NCBI GenBank assembly: GCA_037447365.1
Contig: JBBIGU010000001.1
Coordinates: 9,670 to 73,669 of the forward strand
DNA: 64,000 nucleotides
Source: Candidatus Peregrinibacteria bacterium
Lineage (GTDB): Bacteria; Patescibacteriota; Gracilibacteria; UBA1369; UBA12463
Direction of reading: 5' to 3'
In this document: piece by piece, positions 9,751 through 20,071 of the stretch
How the letters are laid out: every line of letters begins with the position of its first letter
Position numbering within the stretch: position 1 is the stretch's first letter
Notes under the pieces: model-generated
The model's input: only the letters and a program-made list of their open reading frames with translations
The model's database searches: none
Told to the model about the DNA's origin: nothing
Program-made: the position numbers and the translations under genes

Positions 9751-10314
9751 ATGTTTCGTTTGTTTTCCCGCGGTCGCCGCGTACGCCACGTTTCATCCCG
9801 CTATTCCATGAGCTCTGCTCCTGTTTTACAGTGCGGTTTTGCTCGACGTACTCATGATAACTCAAGCGTCAGCATGGGTTCTAGTTTGAATATGAGCTCT
9901 AGTATGAATTCTGGTGCTGGTGCACTTCGATCTTCAGATATGTTTTCTGCATTTCAACTTGGTGATTTCAATCCGGTTAAAATGCTTCAGAATATCATGA
10001 AGGGCGATAAGGAAAGTGTGGCGTTGAATCTTGATATTAAACCTTCTTTTTTTATTGTTACGATTGTTGGAGCGATTGCTGTGAGTACGGTTATGACACT
10101 CGTCTTTTCAACACGAGGTGTTACGCAGGGTTACCAACTTCGTGATCTTGAAACCAAAAGTCAGGCTCTCGTTCGTCAAAATGAAGTCATGACGATGGAG
10201 CTCGCCCAGGCACAATCTCTCGATGCCGTTGTTCACAACGATATTCTCCTCAATATGCGTCCTGCTCAGAAAACGTATTACATGAGCGGAAGTAATGCGA
10301 TTGCGAGTCGGTAA
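9751..10314 (+). CDS. FtsL-like bitopic membrane protein (start uncertain)
   Basis: Directly downstream of rsmH, as in dcw clusters. One TM helix (FFIVTIVGAIAVSTVMTLVF) is followed by a short coiled coil (YQLRDLETKSQALVRQNEVMTMELAQ). The true start is probably an internal Met. Confidence 0.5.
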   Translation: MFRLFSRGRRVRHVSSRYSMSSAPVLQCGFARRTHDNSSVSMGSSLNMSSSMNSGAGALRSSDMFSAFQLGDFNPVKMLQNIMKGDKESVALNLDIKPSFFIVTIVGAIAVSTVMTLVFSTRGVTQGYQLRDLETKSQALVRQNEVMTMELAQAQSLDAVVHNDILLNMRPAQKTYYMSGSNAIASR

Positions 10315-10419
10315 TTGATTTACATTAGTTCAGCTTTAGCTGGTTTTTCTGTATTTCTCCAAATTTGACAGATATTGCCGTTGGGGTAGGCTATTGGCAC
10401 GTATTTTTATCTTACGACA

Positions 10420-12996
10420 ATGGCTTCAAATACTGTTTCTTTTGCTTCTCGCGATATTCTTCCTTTGATTGATCAGCTTGGTAGTACTCGAGTTTCGCTC
10501 GATCCTGCTTTGCAAGGGGAGTTAGATAGTGTTCGAAGTCAGTTGGGTCTTACGGAGACAGAGGGTCGTCCTGAAGTTCCGGATGCCATTATAGTGAGTC
10601 AGCGACTTGATCAGCTTTTGAGGGATGTTCGAATGCTTCCGCAGGGTGTTGGAGATGCTTGTCCAACAAATGATGATATTCAAATTGTCGATAATCTCTC
10701 ACTTCGTGGTTCATTTGATGAAATTGCAGCTGGGCTTTTTTCGATCATAGCTCAAGATGGTTTTCATGCTGCTTCTGATTACTATAATCGCCTTGCAATA
10801 TATGATTCCAGGCAAGCTGCGTTTATCTGGAATGCATATATCAATCATCCTGAAATTGCACCTGTTCTTTCTCGGATTGCTGATATTCTTGCACAATCTA
10901 TCCCTGGATCCGATCTTTCCGATCAACAGAAAAAAGAGTTGGCCTATGCTGATATTCAAAAAAATCTTACCCATCTTCCTTCTCAGTATATTACTGCAAA
11001 AACCCCTGCAATGATTTTGCTCGGACGTGTTAAACGAAGTCTTATTGGTTCGTTTATGCATATTGTTACCGATAAGATTGCCGTCGGAGATATGCCTCTT
11101 ATTGCAGGAGGTGAGTTGGTAAAAAATCCGGAACTGTTTCAAAAAAGTTTTGAAGTTGCCGGTTTATTTGAAGACATGGATCAACTTGCATACATGGATA
11201 TGCTTAATAATCCTCTTGGACAAGCGCAAACTGCGAATCCAACTCAGGCTGAGTCGTACTTCCGTCAGCGTGAGGCGATCCCTGAAATGAAGGTTCATAA
11301 TAACTTTGGATACGTGTATTTGAGCCTAGCACAGGCAGAAACGCTTGGATTAAATCCTCAGAAGGACGCCGTTTTTCCATTTAGTTATTACAATGAACAG
11401 TATGTTGCTGTTCCTGCTGGTTTGTATTTCTCAAAGAAGTCTCCTGATGCATTCCGGGCATCTATTGGTCATCTCCATGCTCTTGCTGATGCGTATCCTG
11501 GAACACCTGCTGAAGAGTATTATAACTCTTTGATCGCTTATTATATGTGCGGTGTTGATGAGTCAGCGAATGCATCAGATTCAAAAGATTCAAAAGCTTT
11601 CGTGAAGCAGTATTATGATTTGTGTTATGCATCTGAGCGAGCTTGGGTTCGCTATATTGCTTTTGCAGAAAAAGAACAGCATCAGTTTATTCATATTCAT
11701 CCTTTTGAAAAGTACAGTACAGTTTCTACGAAATCACACGATCTTTCTCTTGGTATTACTAATCCTGCAGAGACGGCGCAGTATGTTGAAAGTAAGCAGC
11801 GTTTTCAGGAAAATGCTTCGAGATTTTTTGAACAAACAGGTATTACTGAGAAACATCCTGAGATGATTGCGGAGACAAGTCGGCTTATTCAGTCTGCCGG
11901 AACAATTTCTCTTAGTGCGCGCTTTTTCTCTGCTATTCCTGGAACGCTCGCTCAAAATATTCCTAACGAAGAAGATGGTCGTCAGGATGGAATTGTCGCA
12001 CTTTTTGATACTGCGTTTGCGAAGGGTGCTATTAAATCTTCTCGTGGACAGGTAACTCGAAGAAGCGATCCAGTTGGTGTTATTGCGGATACGTTCGATC
12101 AGGATATCGACGTTCCGGAGAAATTTATGCTGCATTACATCGGCGTCGTTCTTTCTCATGAACTTAATCATAATGCGTACAAAGGACGTGAGGGAAGTTT
12201 TCAGAGTGATGGTCATGGACTTGAAGTTAAGCTTATCGAAGAGGCAAAAGCTACTGTTGGAATGGCTCTTGCATTTAACGATCCTTACAATCTTTCAGAG
12301 TCTGATCTCACCGAACTTCGATCTTCGATTCTCTTGATGGCAACTTGGTCGATGATGCGACTTCGTCCGCAGTTACGGGCTCAATACACATCTCATCAGT
12401 ATTTCCGTGAGGGTGCCGTGATGCTTGATCATATGATGAAGTCTGGTCTTGTTAAGGTCGTTGGAATGGGGTTGCAGGAAGATGGTAATTTCCAGCCAGT
12501 GAGTGATGCAGGACTTGATGCTGCTGATTTTGAGTTTTTGAGATTTGATTTTACCGATGATGTTTTGAAAGATTTTATTCGACGTTGTGCAGATTTTCTT
12601 AAAGAGCTTTCTGAGCCGTATTATGAAACTCAATTCAAGCCAGATGCTTCGCCTGATAGAGTCGTTCCTGATGTCACGTCTGTCGACTTTTGGCAGGCTC
12701 TTTTGAGAACGTGTTACGATGAGGATATTGCCAAGAAGAGGGCTAATCCAAAATCTACTCCGTCAGATATTGCTGGGCTTGAGGCACGAAAAGATGCAGT
12801 TCGTCTTCCTGCTGATCCTGATATGCTTCCAAAAGTGAGGGCACTTGTTCGCTACTCAGACTTTAGCTCTGTTCAGCGTTTCCGTCAGGCTGTTGCACGA
12901 CAACATCATATTGATCTGACCGATCCATCTCTTGATGAACACGTGAAAGCTGCTCAACAAAAAATTCAGTCAATGTATCCGGCGATTACTGGCTGA
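10420..12996 (+). CDS. large cytoplasmic zinc-metallopeptidase-like protein (HExxH; M49/DPP III-like signature)
   Basis: 858 aa. HELNH at 12157-12171 (aa 580-584) is followed 22 residues later by EEAKAT at 12238-12255. That resembles the two-motif M49 signature. No signal peptide. Confidence 0.6.
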   Translation: MASNTVSFASRDILPLIDQLGSTRVSLDPALQGELDSVRSQLGLTETEGRPEVPDAIIVSQRLDQLLRDVRMLPQGVGDACPTNDDIQIVDNLSLRGSFDEIAAGLFSIIAQDGFHAASDYYNRLAIYDSRQAAFIWNAYINHPEIAPVLSRIADILAQSIPGSDLSDQQKKELAYADIQKNLTHLPSQYITAKTPAMILLGRVKRSLIGSFMHIVTDKIAVGDMPLIAGGELVKNPELFQKSFEVAGLFEDMDQLAYMDMLNNPLGQAQTANPTQAESYFRQREAIPEMKVHNNFGYVYLSLAQAETLGLNPQKDAVFPFSYYNEQYVAVPAGLYFSKKSPDAFRASIGHLHALADAYPGTPAEEYYNSLIAYYMCGVDESANASDSKDSKAFVKQYYDLCYASERAWVRYIAFAEKEQHQFIHIHPFEKYSTVSTKSHDLSLGITNPAETAQYVESKQRFQENASRFFEQTGITEKHPEMIAETSRLIQSAGTISLSARFFSAIPGTLAQNIPNEEDGRQDGIVALFDTAFAKGAIKSSRGQVTRRSDPVGVIADTFDQDIDVPEKFMLHYIGVVLSHELNHNAYKGREGSFQSDGHGLEVKLIEEAKATVGMALAFNDPYNLSESDLTELRSSILLMATWSMMRLRPQLRAQYTSHQYFREGAVMLDHMMKSGLVKVVGMGLQEDGNFQPVSDAGLDAADFEFLRFDFTDDVLKDFIRRCADFLKELSEPYYETQFKPDASPDRVVPDVTSVDFWQALLRTCYDEDIAKKRANPKSTPSDIAGLEARKDAVRLPADPDMLPKVRALVRYSDFSSVQRFRQAVARQHHIDLTDPSLDEHVKAAQQKIQSMYPAITG

Positions 12997-13085
12997 TTTT
13001 AGCCTGCTCTCCCGTTGACTTTCCCCTGCGTTCCGCTAACCTAATGGCGACCTCTTTTGAGGCACATTAGCATTAACTTTTCTCT

Positions 13086-14147
13086 ATGATTGATTCATCG
13101 AAAGTTGCAGAACTTGCCAAGGTTGCGAAGCAGATGGTAGCTCCGGGTAAGGGTATTTTGGCTGCGGATGAAAGTATGAAGACGGTTGGAAAGCGATTTG
13201 CATCTATTGAACTTGAAAATAACGAAGACAATCGCCGAGCGTTCCGTGAGATGCTTCTTACGGTTCCTGGTGAGGCGCAGTACATCAGCGGAGTTATTTT
13301 GCACGATGAGACGATTCGACAGACGATGGCTTCTGGAAAGACATTTGTTGCTGCGTTGCAGGAGGCTGGAATTCTTCCGGGAATCAAGGTTGATCTTGGT
13401 CTCGTAGAAGTTGGCAGTGAGAAGTTGACGACTGGTCTCGATGGACTCGACGCTCGTTTGAAAGAGTACGTCGCGCTTGGTGCGAAGTTCTGTAAGTGGA
13501 GGTCGGTGATTACGATTGCTGATGATGGATCAACTCCAACTGAAGAGAATATTCGTCAGAATGCGAAGGATCTCGCTGCGTACGCTTTGGTCTGTCAGGA
13601 AAATGGCCTTGTTCCAATGGTTGAGCCAGAGGTGTTGCTCGATGGTGCACACACACAGGCACAGGCGGAGGTTGCAAGTGAGAGGATTTTGACAGCGCTT
13701 TTTGAAGAGCTGGCTGCCGTTGGTGTTGCACTCGAAGGAACGATTTTAAAGACGAGCATGGTATTACCGGGAAAAGATTCTGGTGTGAAGGCTTCGCCAC
13801 AGCAGGTTGCAGAAGCGACACTTCGAGTGTTTAAGAAGTGTTTGCCTGCAAATCTTGCAGGTGAGGCGTTTCTTTCTGGAGGACAGGGTGACACCGAGGC
13901 GACTGAAAATCTCAATGCGATTAATCAGGACAAAGCGTTGCCATGGCCTTTGAGTTTCTCGTATGCTCGAGCGCTTCAGGACGCTGCTACGAAGACTTGG
14001 AAGGGAAGTGCTGCGAATTTGGAGGCAGCTCAAAAAGTTTTCCTTCACCGCGCAAAGATGAATAGCCTCGCTTCGCTCGGCCAATATTCATCCGACATGG
14101 AACAGAATTTTGTTCCTGAAACAGGTGCAACCGTCACTCAGGATTAA
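13086..14147 (+). CDS. fba: class I fructose-bisphosphate aldolase
   Basis: GKGILAADES, the LEGTILKTSMV Schiff-base lysine region and LSGGQ are typical of class I (eukaryote-type) FBA. Confidence 0.9.
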   Translation: MIDSSKVAELAKVAKQMVAPGKGILAADESMKTVGKRFASIELENNEDNRRAFREMLLTVPGEAQYISGVILHDETIRQTMASGKTFVAALQEAGILPGIKVDLGLVEVGSEKLTTGLDGLDARLKEYVALGAKFCKWRSVITIADDGSTPTEENIRQNAKDLAAYALVCQENGLVPMVEPEVLLDGAHTQAQAEVASERILTALFEELAAVGVALEGTILKTSMVLPGKDSGVKASPQQVAEATLRVFKKCLPANLAGEAFLSGGQGDTEATENLNAINQDKALPWPLSFSYARALQDAATKTWKGSAANLEAAQKVFLHRAKMNSLASLGQYSSDMEQNFVPETGATVTQD

Positions 14148-14261
14148 ACTCAAGCTCGTTGTCCATTTGTATAGTAATAAGATATCAAAATGGACACAGT
14201 GGCTTCGAAATATTCCCTGGTCGTTTGATCATTATCGTTATCGTTTAACTCCATTTGCAAT

Positions 14262-15197
14262 ATGCAACTCGATGAACATCTCAAAACACTTAGTGCAGAA
14301 GACCATGTGCAGCAGGTTATCATGACTTGTGCTCAGGGCGTCTATGAAATTGCGGCGCTCGTGCATACGGGTGCGGCGCTTGGATATGCGGGTTCGCAAA
14401 ATGTTTTCGGTGAGCAGCAACTCAAACTTGATGTCGCCTCGAATGATATTTTATTGAAAGTTCTCGGCGAGCAACCACTCGTCGATTTCGTTGCTTCTGA
14501 GGAGATGGATCACGAGCAACAACTCCATGTCTCTAATACCGAAGAAGGAGGTCCACAGAGTTCTGGTGAATTTTCTGTGGCCTTCGATCCGCTCGATGGG
14601 TCGTCACTTGTTGATGTGAATTTTGCGGTTGGGACGATTATTGCGATCTATCCGAAAGGTTCATTCATTGGTAAGAAACCTGGCGAGATGCATGCTTCCG
14701 TGATTGCGGTGTATGGTCCACGAACAACACTTTTTGTTTCCATCAAAGGAAAGGGGACGCATCAGTATCTTTTGACCGACGGTGGTTTTATGCTCCAGAA
14801 GGAGTCTTTGAAAGTTGCTGACGAGGGAAAGTACTTCGCTCCTGGAAATCTTCGAGCCTGCCTTGAAAATCCTTCATACAAAAAACTCGTCGACTTCTGG
14901 CTTGAGAGCCAGTACACGCTCCGGTATTCCGGTGGCATGGTTCCTGATATCAATCACATCCTTCTCAAGGGGAAAGGTGTTTTCACCTACCCGGGTTATC
15001 TTGGTCAGCCAGACGGGAAACTCCGACTCTTATTTGAATGCGGAACGATGACCTTTGCTATGGTTGAGGCTGGTGGATATGGCACTGATGGAAAGATCTC
15101 CCTTTTGGACAAATCTATTGAAGCTCTTGATCAGCGAAGTCCTATTTTTGTTGGATCGGTGAAAGAAGTTGAAAAAGCAGTTTCTTTCTTTGTATAA
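14262..15197 (+). CDS. fbp: class 1 fructose-1,6-bisphosphatase
   Basis: FDPLDGSS metal site, YGPRTT, and RYSGGMVPDINHILLKGKGVFTYPG. Confidence 0.9.
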   Translation: MQLDEHLKTLSAEDHVQQVIMTCAQGVYEIAALVHTGAALGYAGSQNVFGEQQLKLDVASNDILLKVLGEQPLVDFVASEEMDHEQQLHVSNTEEGGPQSSGEFSVAFDPLDGSSLVDVNFAVGTIIAIYPKGSFIGKKPGEMHASVIAVYGPRTTLFVSIKGKGTHQYLLTDGGFMLQKESLKVADEGKYFAPGNLRACLENPSYKKLVDFWLESQYTLRYSGGMVPDINHILLKGKGVFTYPGYLGQPDGKLRLLFECGTMTFAMVEAGGYGTDGKISLLDKSIEALDQRSPIFVGSVKEVEKAVSFFV

Positions 15198-15264
15198 TGC
15201 TCCTACGCTTCGTTACTGCATTTGCTTTGTAACAGGTATTGTTTCAACTTCGTATTAACAGATC

Positions 15265-15816
15265 ATGACCGAGCCAGAGATTCAGAATTTGGTTGAGCGA
15301 ACCAAGAAAGGTGACAGAGATGCCTTCACGTCGCTCTATGAGCACTTCGTCGATCAGATTTATCGATATGTGTATTTCCGTGTGAATTCGGATGATGCTG
15401 AGGATATTACCGAAAATGCCTTTGTAAAGGCTTGGGAGAAGATCCATACCTATACAAACAATGGTAATACGACATTTTCTTCGTGGCTCTTTCGAATCGC
15501 TCATAATCTCGTGGTCGATCACTATCGTCAAAGCAAAACGATCGAGTCGATCACCGAGGAGTATCAGGAGTATCGCGCCGAGCATCATCCTGGTGTTGTG
15601 ACTGAGCGAAAAATCGAAGGCGATATTTTAAAGGAAGGACTGAAGCTGCTCAAGGATGATTATCAGCAGTTTTTGGTTCTTAAGTATATTAACGAGCTTT
15701 CTAATCGGGATATCTCCAAGATGCTTGGAAAAAGCGAAGGGAGCTTGCGTATTTTGCAGTATCGGGCTCTCAAAGCCCTGAGGGTTGTTTTGGAAGATAA
15801 AGGCTTGAAATGGTAA
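15265..15816 (+). CDS. RNA polymerase sigma factor, ECF (sigma-70 group 4) family
   Basis: 183 aa with region 2 (FTSLYEHFVDQIYRYVYFRV ... WLFRIAHNLVVDHYR) and region 4 (LSNRDISKMLGKSEGSLRILQYRALKAL). Confidence 0.85.
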   Translation: MTEPEIQNLVERTKKGDRDAFTSLYEHFVDQIYRYVYFRVNSDDAEDITENAFVKAWEKIHTYTNNGNTTFSSWLFRIAHNLVVDHYRQSKTIESITEEYQEYRAEHHPGVVTERKIEGDILKEGLKLLKDDYQQFLVLKYINELSNRDISKMLGKSEGSLRILQYRALKALRVVLEDKGLKW

Positions 15817-15893
15817 ATCTGTAAAGTAAATTGTAACAAAATGTCATTTTTCCCGTTTATAGACATGTAAAACGACCAAAAGTCATCAGTACA

Positions 15894-17912
15894 ATGAATA
15901 TTCCATGGTTTTACAATAAGGAAACTCTTGAAGAAAAACAGCTTGAAAAGCTGGGTGAGTTGTTACGTACAGAAGTGGCAGGGGAGAACTTTTCTCCATT
16001 GTCACGCGAAAAGAAAGATAAGATTCGTGGACATATGTTTGAGCGAATTGATGCTCTCACAGGTGTTGCCCAGCAAGAGCTTCCTCTTATTATGGCGCAG
16101 GTCGAAGGTCAGGTCGCAGATGGCGAACCGGATGGAGATGAGGCAGAGGCTTATTTGATCGATCGACTCATTACATGGATGAAAGATGCTTCGCAGACAA
16201 TTAAGATGGATCCTATCAAGAAGGCTGTTATACGAGAACATCTCTATGATCTTCCGGATCGAATGGTGTTTCCTTTTTTCAAGCGACTTACTGCGGCAGT
16301 TTCTGTTGCGGGTATTTTGAGTGTGACGGTTTTTGCTTTTGCACTCAAAGTTCCGGTTACTTTTGCAAAAGAGCTTACGGTTGTTCATGATGTTGAAGGA
16401 AGTGTCATGATTCTTCGTAATGGCAGAGAGCTCTCCGCATCCAAAGGTTTTGAGATTCGTGAGGGTGACAAAATTATTACAGGACAAGATGGAAAAGCGG
16501 TGATTACCTACTTCGATAAAAGTATTACCCGCTTTTTTGAAAATACCGACGTGTCGTTTGATGCCCTTCGATCAGAAGATTTTGGTTTCAATCATACAGT
16601 TTCTTTGAGTCTTACTCAGGGACGTATTTGGTCTAATGTTATGGATTATGTTTTGAATTCTGACTTTACTGTGAAGGCGAATGATTTGATTGCAACTGCT
16701 TCGAAGCGTGCTACCTTTGCTCTCTCTTCCGAAAATCATGAGGCATCACTTCAGGTGTTCCATAATCTCGTGAGTGTTGAAACTCCTTCGAATTCCGAAA
16801 CAAAGACAGTAGTGAAGGGTTTTCAAATGGTTACAAATCCAGAAGTTGCTCGACAAATTGTTGAACCAATCCAGCTCAAAGAGAGTGATAAGAAATGGGT
16901 TGCTGCCAATCTTGTTAATGATCAACAGGTTCTTGGTGAAGTTGAGAAAAATAATACTGGTGTTGTTGCTGGTCCCCTTGGAAAGTTCCAGGAAAATGCT
17001 TCACTCCTCCTTGCTTTCAATGATGATGAGCGTTTCCGACTCGAACTCAATGTTGCAGAGAAATCTTTTTATGAGACGTTGAAGAATCCTGGGGCAACTG
17101 CCGAACAAGTGAAGTGGTCGTTTGATGGCCTCCAGAGCATTGTTGCCAAAGTAGAGTCGCTCCAATCTGACGATTCAAAAAAGTTGGCAAATGCGGTTTT
17201 GCAATCAGCTCGCAATGAACTTCTTAGTGCCAAGCCAGATTCTCGAATTTATGATCTGAAGATTGCTCTTGAGGATAAGGACTTTACTGATGCCTCTGAA
17301 GATACGAAGTTAGCTCTTGCTCTTGATCAGGCTTCGCAGTTTCTCGCAGAGGCCCAGGATCTTCAGGACAAGGGTTTGAAGGATCCTGCACAAAAGGCTG
17401 CTCATAAGTATCAAGAACGCATGAAAGATATCAGTGCTCTTGTTGCCGCACGCGAGGAAAAGAAATTGCCAGTTGATGAGGCGTTGTCTTCGAAACGAGC
17501 TGGTCTTGAAAAATTATATATTGCCTATAAGAATCCAACGCCAGTTGTTGAGGAAGTGGTAAAAATTGCTGCACTTCCTGCGGATGGCGTGAAGCCTGAT
17601 GATACGAAAGGCGATGTTGCGAGTGGCTCTGTGGCGAGTTCTTCCACGGCAGTTATGGGTGGCGGTGCGCCTGCTGCTGGTGTTTCCGTTGGTGCAACTA
17701 CGGCTGCTACGGTGGGCGGTGTGCCGTCTGTTGGCGGTGGATCTGTTGATTCTGCTGCTCGTTCAACGGATGTAAGTGGCTCGACTGGTGGTTCAGCTGG
17801 TGGCTCGACGACTCTTCCTTCTGGTGAAGTTGCAGAACCTCTCGTTGATACAAGCATTCCTCCAGAGGGTGAGACTGATCTACCACCGAAGTTACAGATT
17901 AATAAGTATTAG
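15894..17912 (+). CDS. putative anti-sigma factor with a FecR-like domain and a long extracytoplasmic region
   Basis: Adjacent to the ECF sigma gene. One TM helix (AAVSVAGILSVTVFAFAL) is followed by a FecR-like beta segment (VMILRNGRELSASKGFEIREGDKIITGQDGKAVITYFD). The C-terminal tail is G/A/S/V-rich. Confidence 0.6.
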   Translation: MNIPWFYNKETLEEKQLEKLGELLRTEVAGENFSPLSREKKDKIRGHMFERIDALTGVAQQELPLIMAQVEGQVADGEPDGDEAEAYLIDRLITWMKDASQTIKMDPIKKAVIREHLYDLPDRMVFPFFKRLTAAVSVAGILSVTVFAFALKVPVTFAKELTVVHDVEGSVMILRNGRELSASKGFEIREGDKIITGQDGKAVITYFDKSITRFFENTDVSFDALRSEDFGFNHTVSLSLTQGRIWSNVMDYVLNSDFTVKANDLIATASKRATFALSSENHEASLQVFHNLVSVETPSNSETKTVVKGFQMVTNPEVARQIVEPIQLKESDKKWVAANLVNDQQVLGEVEKNNTGVVAGPLGKFQENASLLLAFNDDERFRLELNVAEKSFYETLKNPGATAEQVKWSFDGLQSIVAKVESLQSDDSKKLANAVLQSARNELLSAKPDSRIYDLKIALEDKDFTDASEDTKLALALDQASQFLAEAQDLQDKGLKDPAQKAAHKYQERMKDISALVAAREEKKLPVDEALSSKRAGLEKLYIAYKNPTPVVEEVVKIAALPADGVKPDDTKGDVASGSVASSSTAVMGGGAPAAGVSVGATTAATVGGVPSVGGGSVDSAARSTDVSGSTGGSAGGSTTLPSGEVAEPLVDTSIPPEGETDLPPKLQINKY

Positions 17913-18097
17913 GACGGGGTATTTTTGAGATTCATGGATGAGATACATCGCTGATCTGGTTTTTTCGTGGTGCATCTATCGTAGCTTGATCTGGTGCGTG
18001 AGTTGCAAATTAAAGATGATGTTTTAATATATCATACATCTCAAAAAAGTGCCAAAAATGAAGCTGAATTCTTCCCCTCAGGCCTTAGTTTGGAGTT

Positions 18098-19159
18098 TTA
18101 GAATTTTCCTGCGAGTCGTAGGATGAGTCCAATTGCGGCGAACATGCCGCCGAGAATCCAGAAACGCATAACAACAGTGGCTTCGTTCCAGCCGAGTTTT
18201 TCGAAGTGGTGATGGATTGGGGCGATGAGGAAGACTTTGCGACCAAAAAACTTCTTAGAGGTCAACTGGATGATAACTGAGAGGGTCTCAATGACGAAGA
18301 CGGCTCCGATCAAAATGAGTGCGATGGCCGAGTCGGTCATCATCGCGATCACACCGAGCGTGGCACCGAGGGCGAGGGCGCCCGTATCGCCCATGTAGAA
18401 TTTGGCGGGCATGATGTTATACCAGAGGAAGGCGAGGAGGGCGCCAACAATAATCGCGCAAAAGGTTGCGAGAATAAAGAGGCTTTGTACGAAGGCAATG
18501 ACAGAGAAACTTCCAAATGCAATCACAAGAAGTCCGCCCGCAAGTCCATCGAGCCCATCGGTGAAGTTGACTGCGTTGGCTGTTCCACTGATAACGAATA
18601 CGAAAAGGGGAATATACCAGAGTCCAATTTCGAGTGATCCGAACCCTGGAATGTGAATCGAGGTAATGTTGAGCTTGAAGTAAAACCAAAGCGCTCCGAG
18701 TAATGAGAATAAGAGGAGCCAGAACATTTTTGGTTTAACGTTGAGTCCTTTGGATTTCCCTTTGATGTTAATGTAATCATCAACGAGACCTAAGAGTCCT
18801 GCGGTAATGAGCGTAAAAATAGGAAGCCAAGTTTCATTACGATTGATGAGGGCGTGGTCGATAATGCCAAAGAATGAAAGAACTCGTGAGAAGATAAGCG
18901 TAATGAGAACGGTTCCCCAAATAAGCACGCCTCCCATGGTCGGCGTGCCAGCTTTTTTCGCATGTAGTTCATTAAAAATCGTCGCCTTTTCTCCGCTTGT
19001 GGCATTGATTCGCAGTTGTTTTCCGAGTTTATGGTGATGAAGGAATCGGATAAAGGCAGGCGCGAGCGCGAGCGCGAGCGCAAATGCAAACATTTCCGAT
19101 CCGACAATGAGAACGATTTGTCGAAGTGCACCCGAGAAGAAAAAAAGTGTTTTTTCCAT
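18098..19159 (-). CDS. mraY: phospho-N-acetylmuramoyl-pentapeptide transferase MraY
   Basis: Polytopic protein with NAVNFTDGLDGLA, MGDTGALALG and APIHHHFE motifs. Confidence 0.95.
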   Translation of the reverse strand: MEKTLFFFSGALRQIVLIVGSEMFAFALALALAPAFIRFLHHHKLGKQLRINATSGEKATIFNELHAKKAGTPTMGGVLIWGTVLITLIFSRVLSFFGIIDHALINRNETWLPIFTLITAGLLGLVDDYINIKGKSKGLNVKPKMFWLLLFSLLGALWFYFKLNITSIHIPGFGSLEIGLWYIPLFVFVISGTANAVNFTDGLDGLAGGLLVIAFGSFSVIAFVQSLFILATFCAIIVGALLAFLWYNIMPAKFYMGDTGALALGATLGVIAMMTDSAIALILIGAVFVIETLSVIIQLTSKKFFGRKVFLIAPIHHHFEKLGWNEATVVMRFWILGGMFAAIGLILRLAGKF

Positions 19160-19168
19160 GAGAAGATA

Positions 19169-20071
19169 TTACCAGTTAAAGTTTGATGCTGCCCAATCAA
19201 CGAGCGCGACCGACTCCTTGAATCGATCAGGGGAGTCGAGAACGACGGTTAAGAGTGGGGCATTATTGTTTGGAAGAGTTGCAACACCGACAAACGAGTA
19301 GCCCGCTTCAAGCGTATGTCCTGTCTTGAGTCCCTTGAAGCGTGGATCTTTTATGAGCAAGACATTGGTGTTTTCGAGTTCATGCTTGAATTTTCCATTC
19401 ACTGAACTGACGGTTGTTTTTGAAATTCCTACTGTGTATCTAATAAAACTATTGCGATAGGCATATGACCCCAGAAGCGCAATGTCTTCCGCTGTTGAGT
19501 AGTTATTTGCATGATCAAGTCCCGCTGGATTTCCAAAGTGCGTATTACTGAGTCCAAGTTTTTTTGCTTTTTCATTCATTTTTTCTACAAACTTATCGAC
19601 ACTTTCCGCATTAAAAATGGCAAGAGTGTACGCAGCGTCGTTTCCCGAATGAATCAAAAGTCCTGAGAGGAGGTCGCGCACAGTAATTTTTTCTCCTGAC
19701 GCGAGCCATATCCTTGATCCCTCAACCTTTGTTGCACTTTCGGGAACTGTTACAATATCGTTCAAATTATTCTCGTCGAGAATAATGAGCGCGGTAATAA
19801 GTTTCGTAATACTTCCGATTGATCGTCTTTCTCCGATGCTCTTCTGGCCGAGCATTTTTCCACTTCGTAAATCCATTACAACATAAGCGTTTGCCTGGAT
19901 TTTTGGCGGTGGAATGTTTTTTTGATCACTTGTTGTTTTTGCTTCTGGAACTGGCGCAACAGAGAGAATGTTTTGGAATGGAGCTGGTCCTTGATTTTGG
20001 ATTTCCACCTTTGCCTGTGGAATTGAGTGGAGGATAGATGCGAAGTAGAGTGAGAGGAATCCGCTAATCAT
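19169..20071 (-). CDS. D-alanyl-D-alanine carboxypeptidase (peptidase S11)
   Basis: SxxK (SITK), SxN (SGN) and KTG (LKTGHT) boxes in the correct order, plus an N-terminal signal/anchor. Confidence 0.85.
   Translation of the reverse strand: MISGFLSLYFASILHSIPQAKVEIQNQGPAPFQNILSVAPVPEAKTTSDQKNIPPPKIQANAYVVMDLRSGKMLGQKSIGERRSIGSITKLITALIILDENNLNDIVTVPESATKVEGSRIWLASGEKITVRDLLSGLLIHSGNDAAYTLAIFNAESVDKFVEKMNEKAKKLGLSNTHFGNPAGLDHANNYSTAEDIALLGSYAYRNSFIRYTVGISKTTVSSVNGKFKHELENTNVLLIKDPRFKGLKTGHTLEAGYSFVGVATLPNNNAPLLTVVLDSPDRFKESVALVDWAASNFNW

Noticed and set aside
14160-14202. Hairpin GTCCATTT-19 nt-AAATGGAC after fba as a terminator
   Set aside because: The loop is long and no T-run follows. fbp follows closely and may be co-transcribed.
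20068-20070. Possibility of UGA-to-Gly recoding (genetic code 25), as in some candidate phyla
   Set aside because: TGA terminates rluB, the 858-aa gene (12994-12996) and ORF B at sensible C-termini. No conserved gene in the window needs an in-frame TGA.
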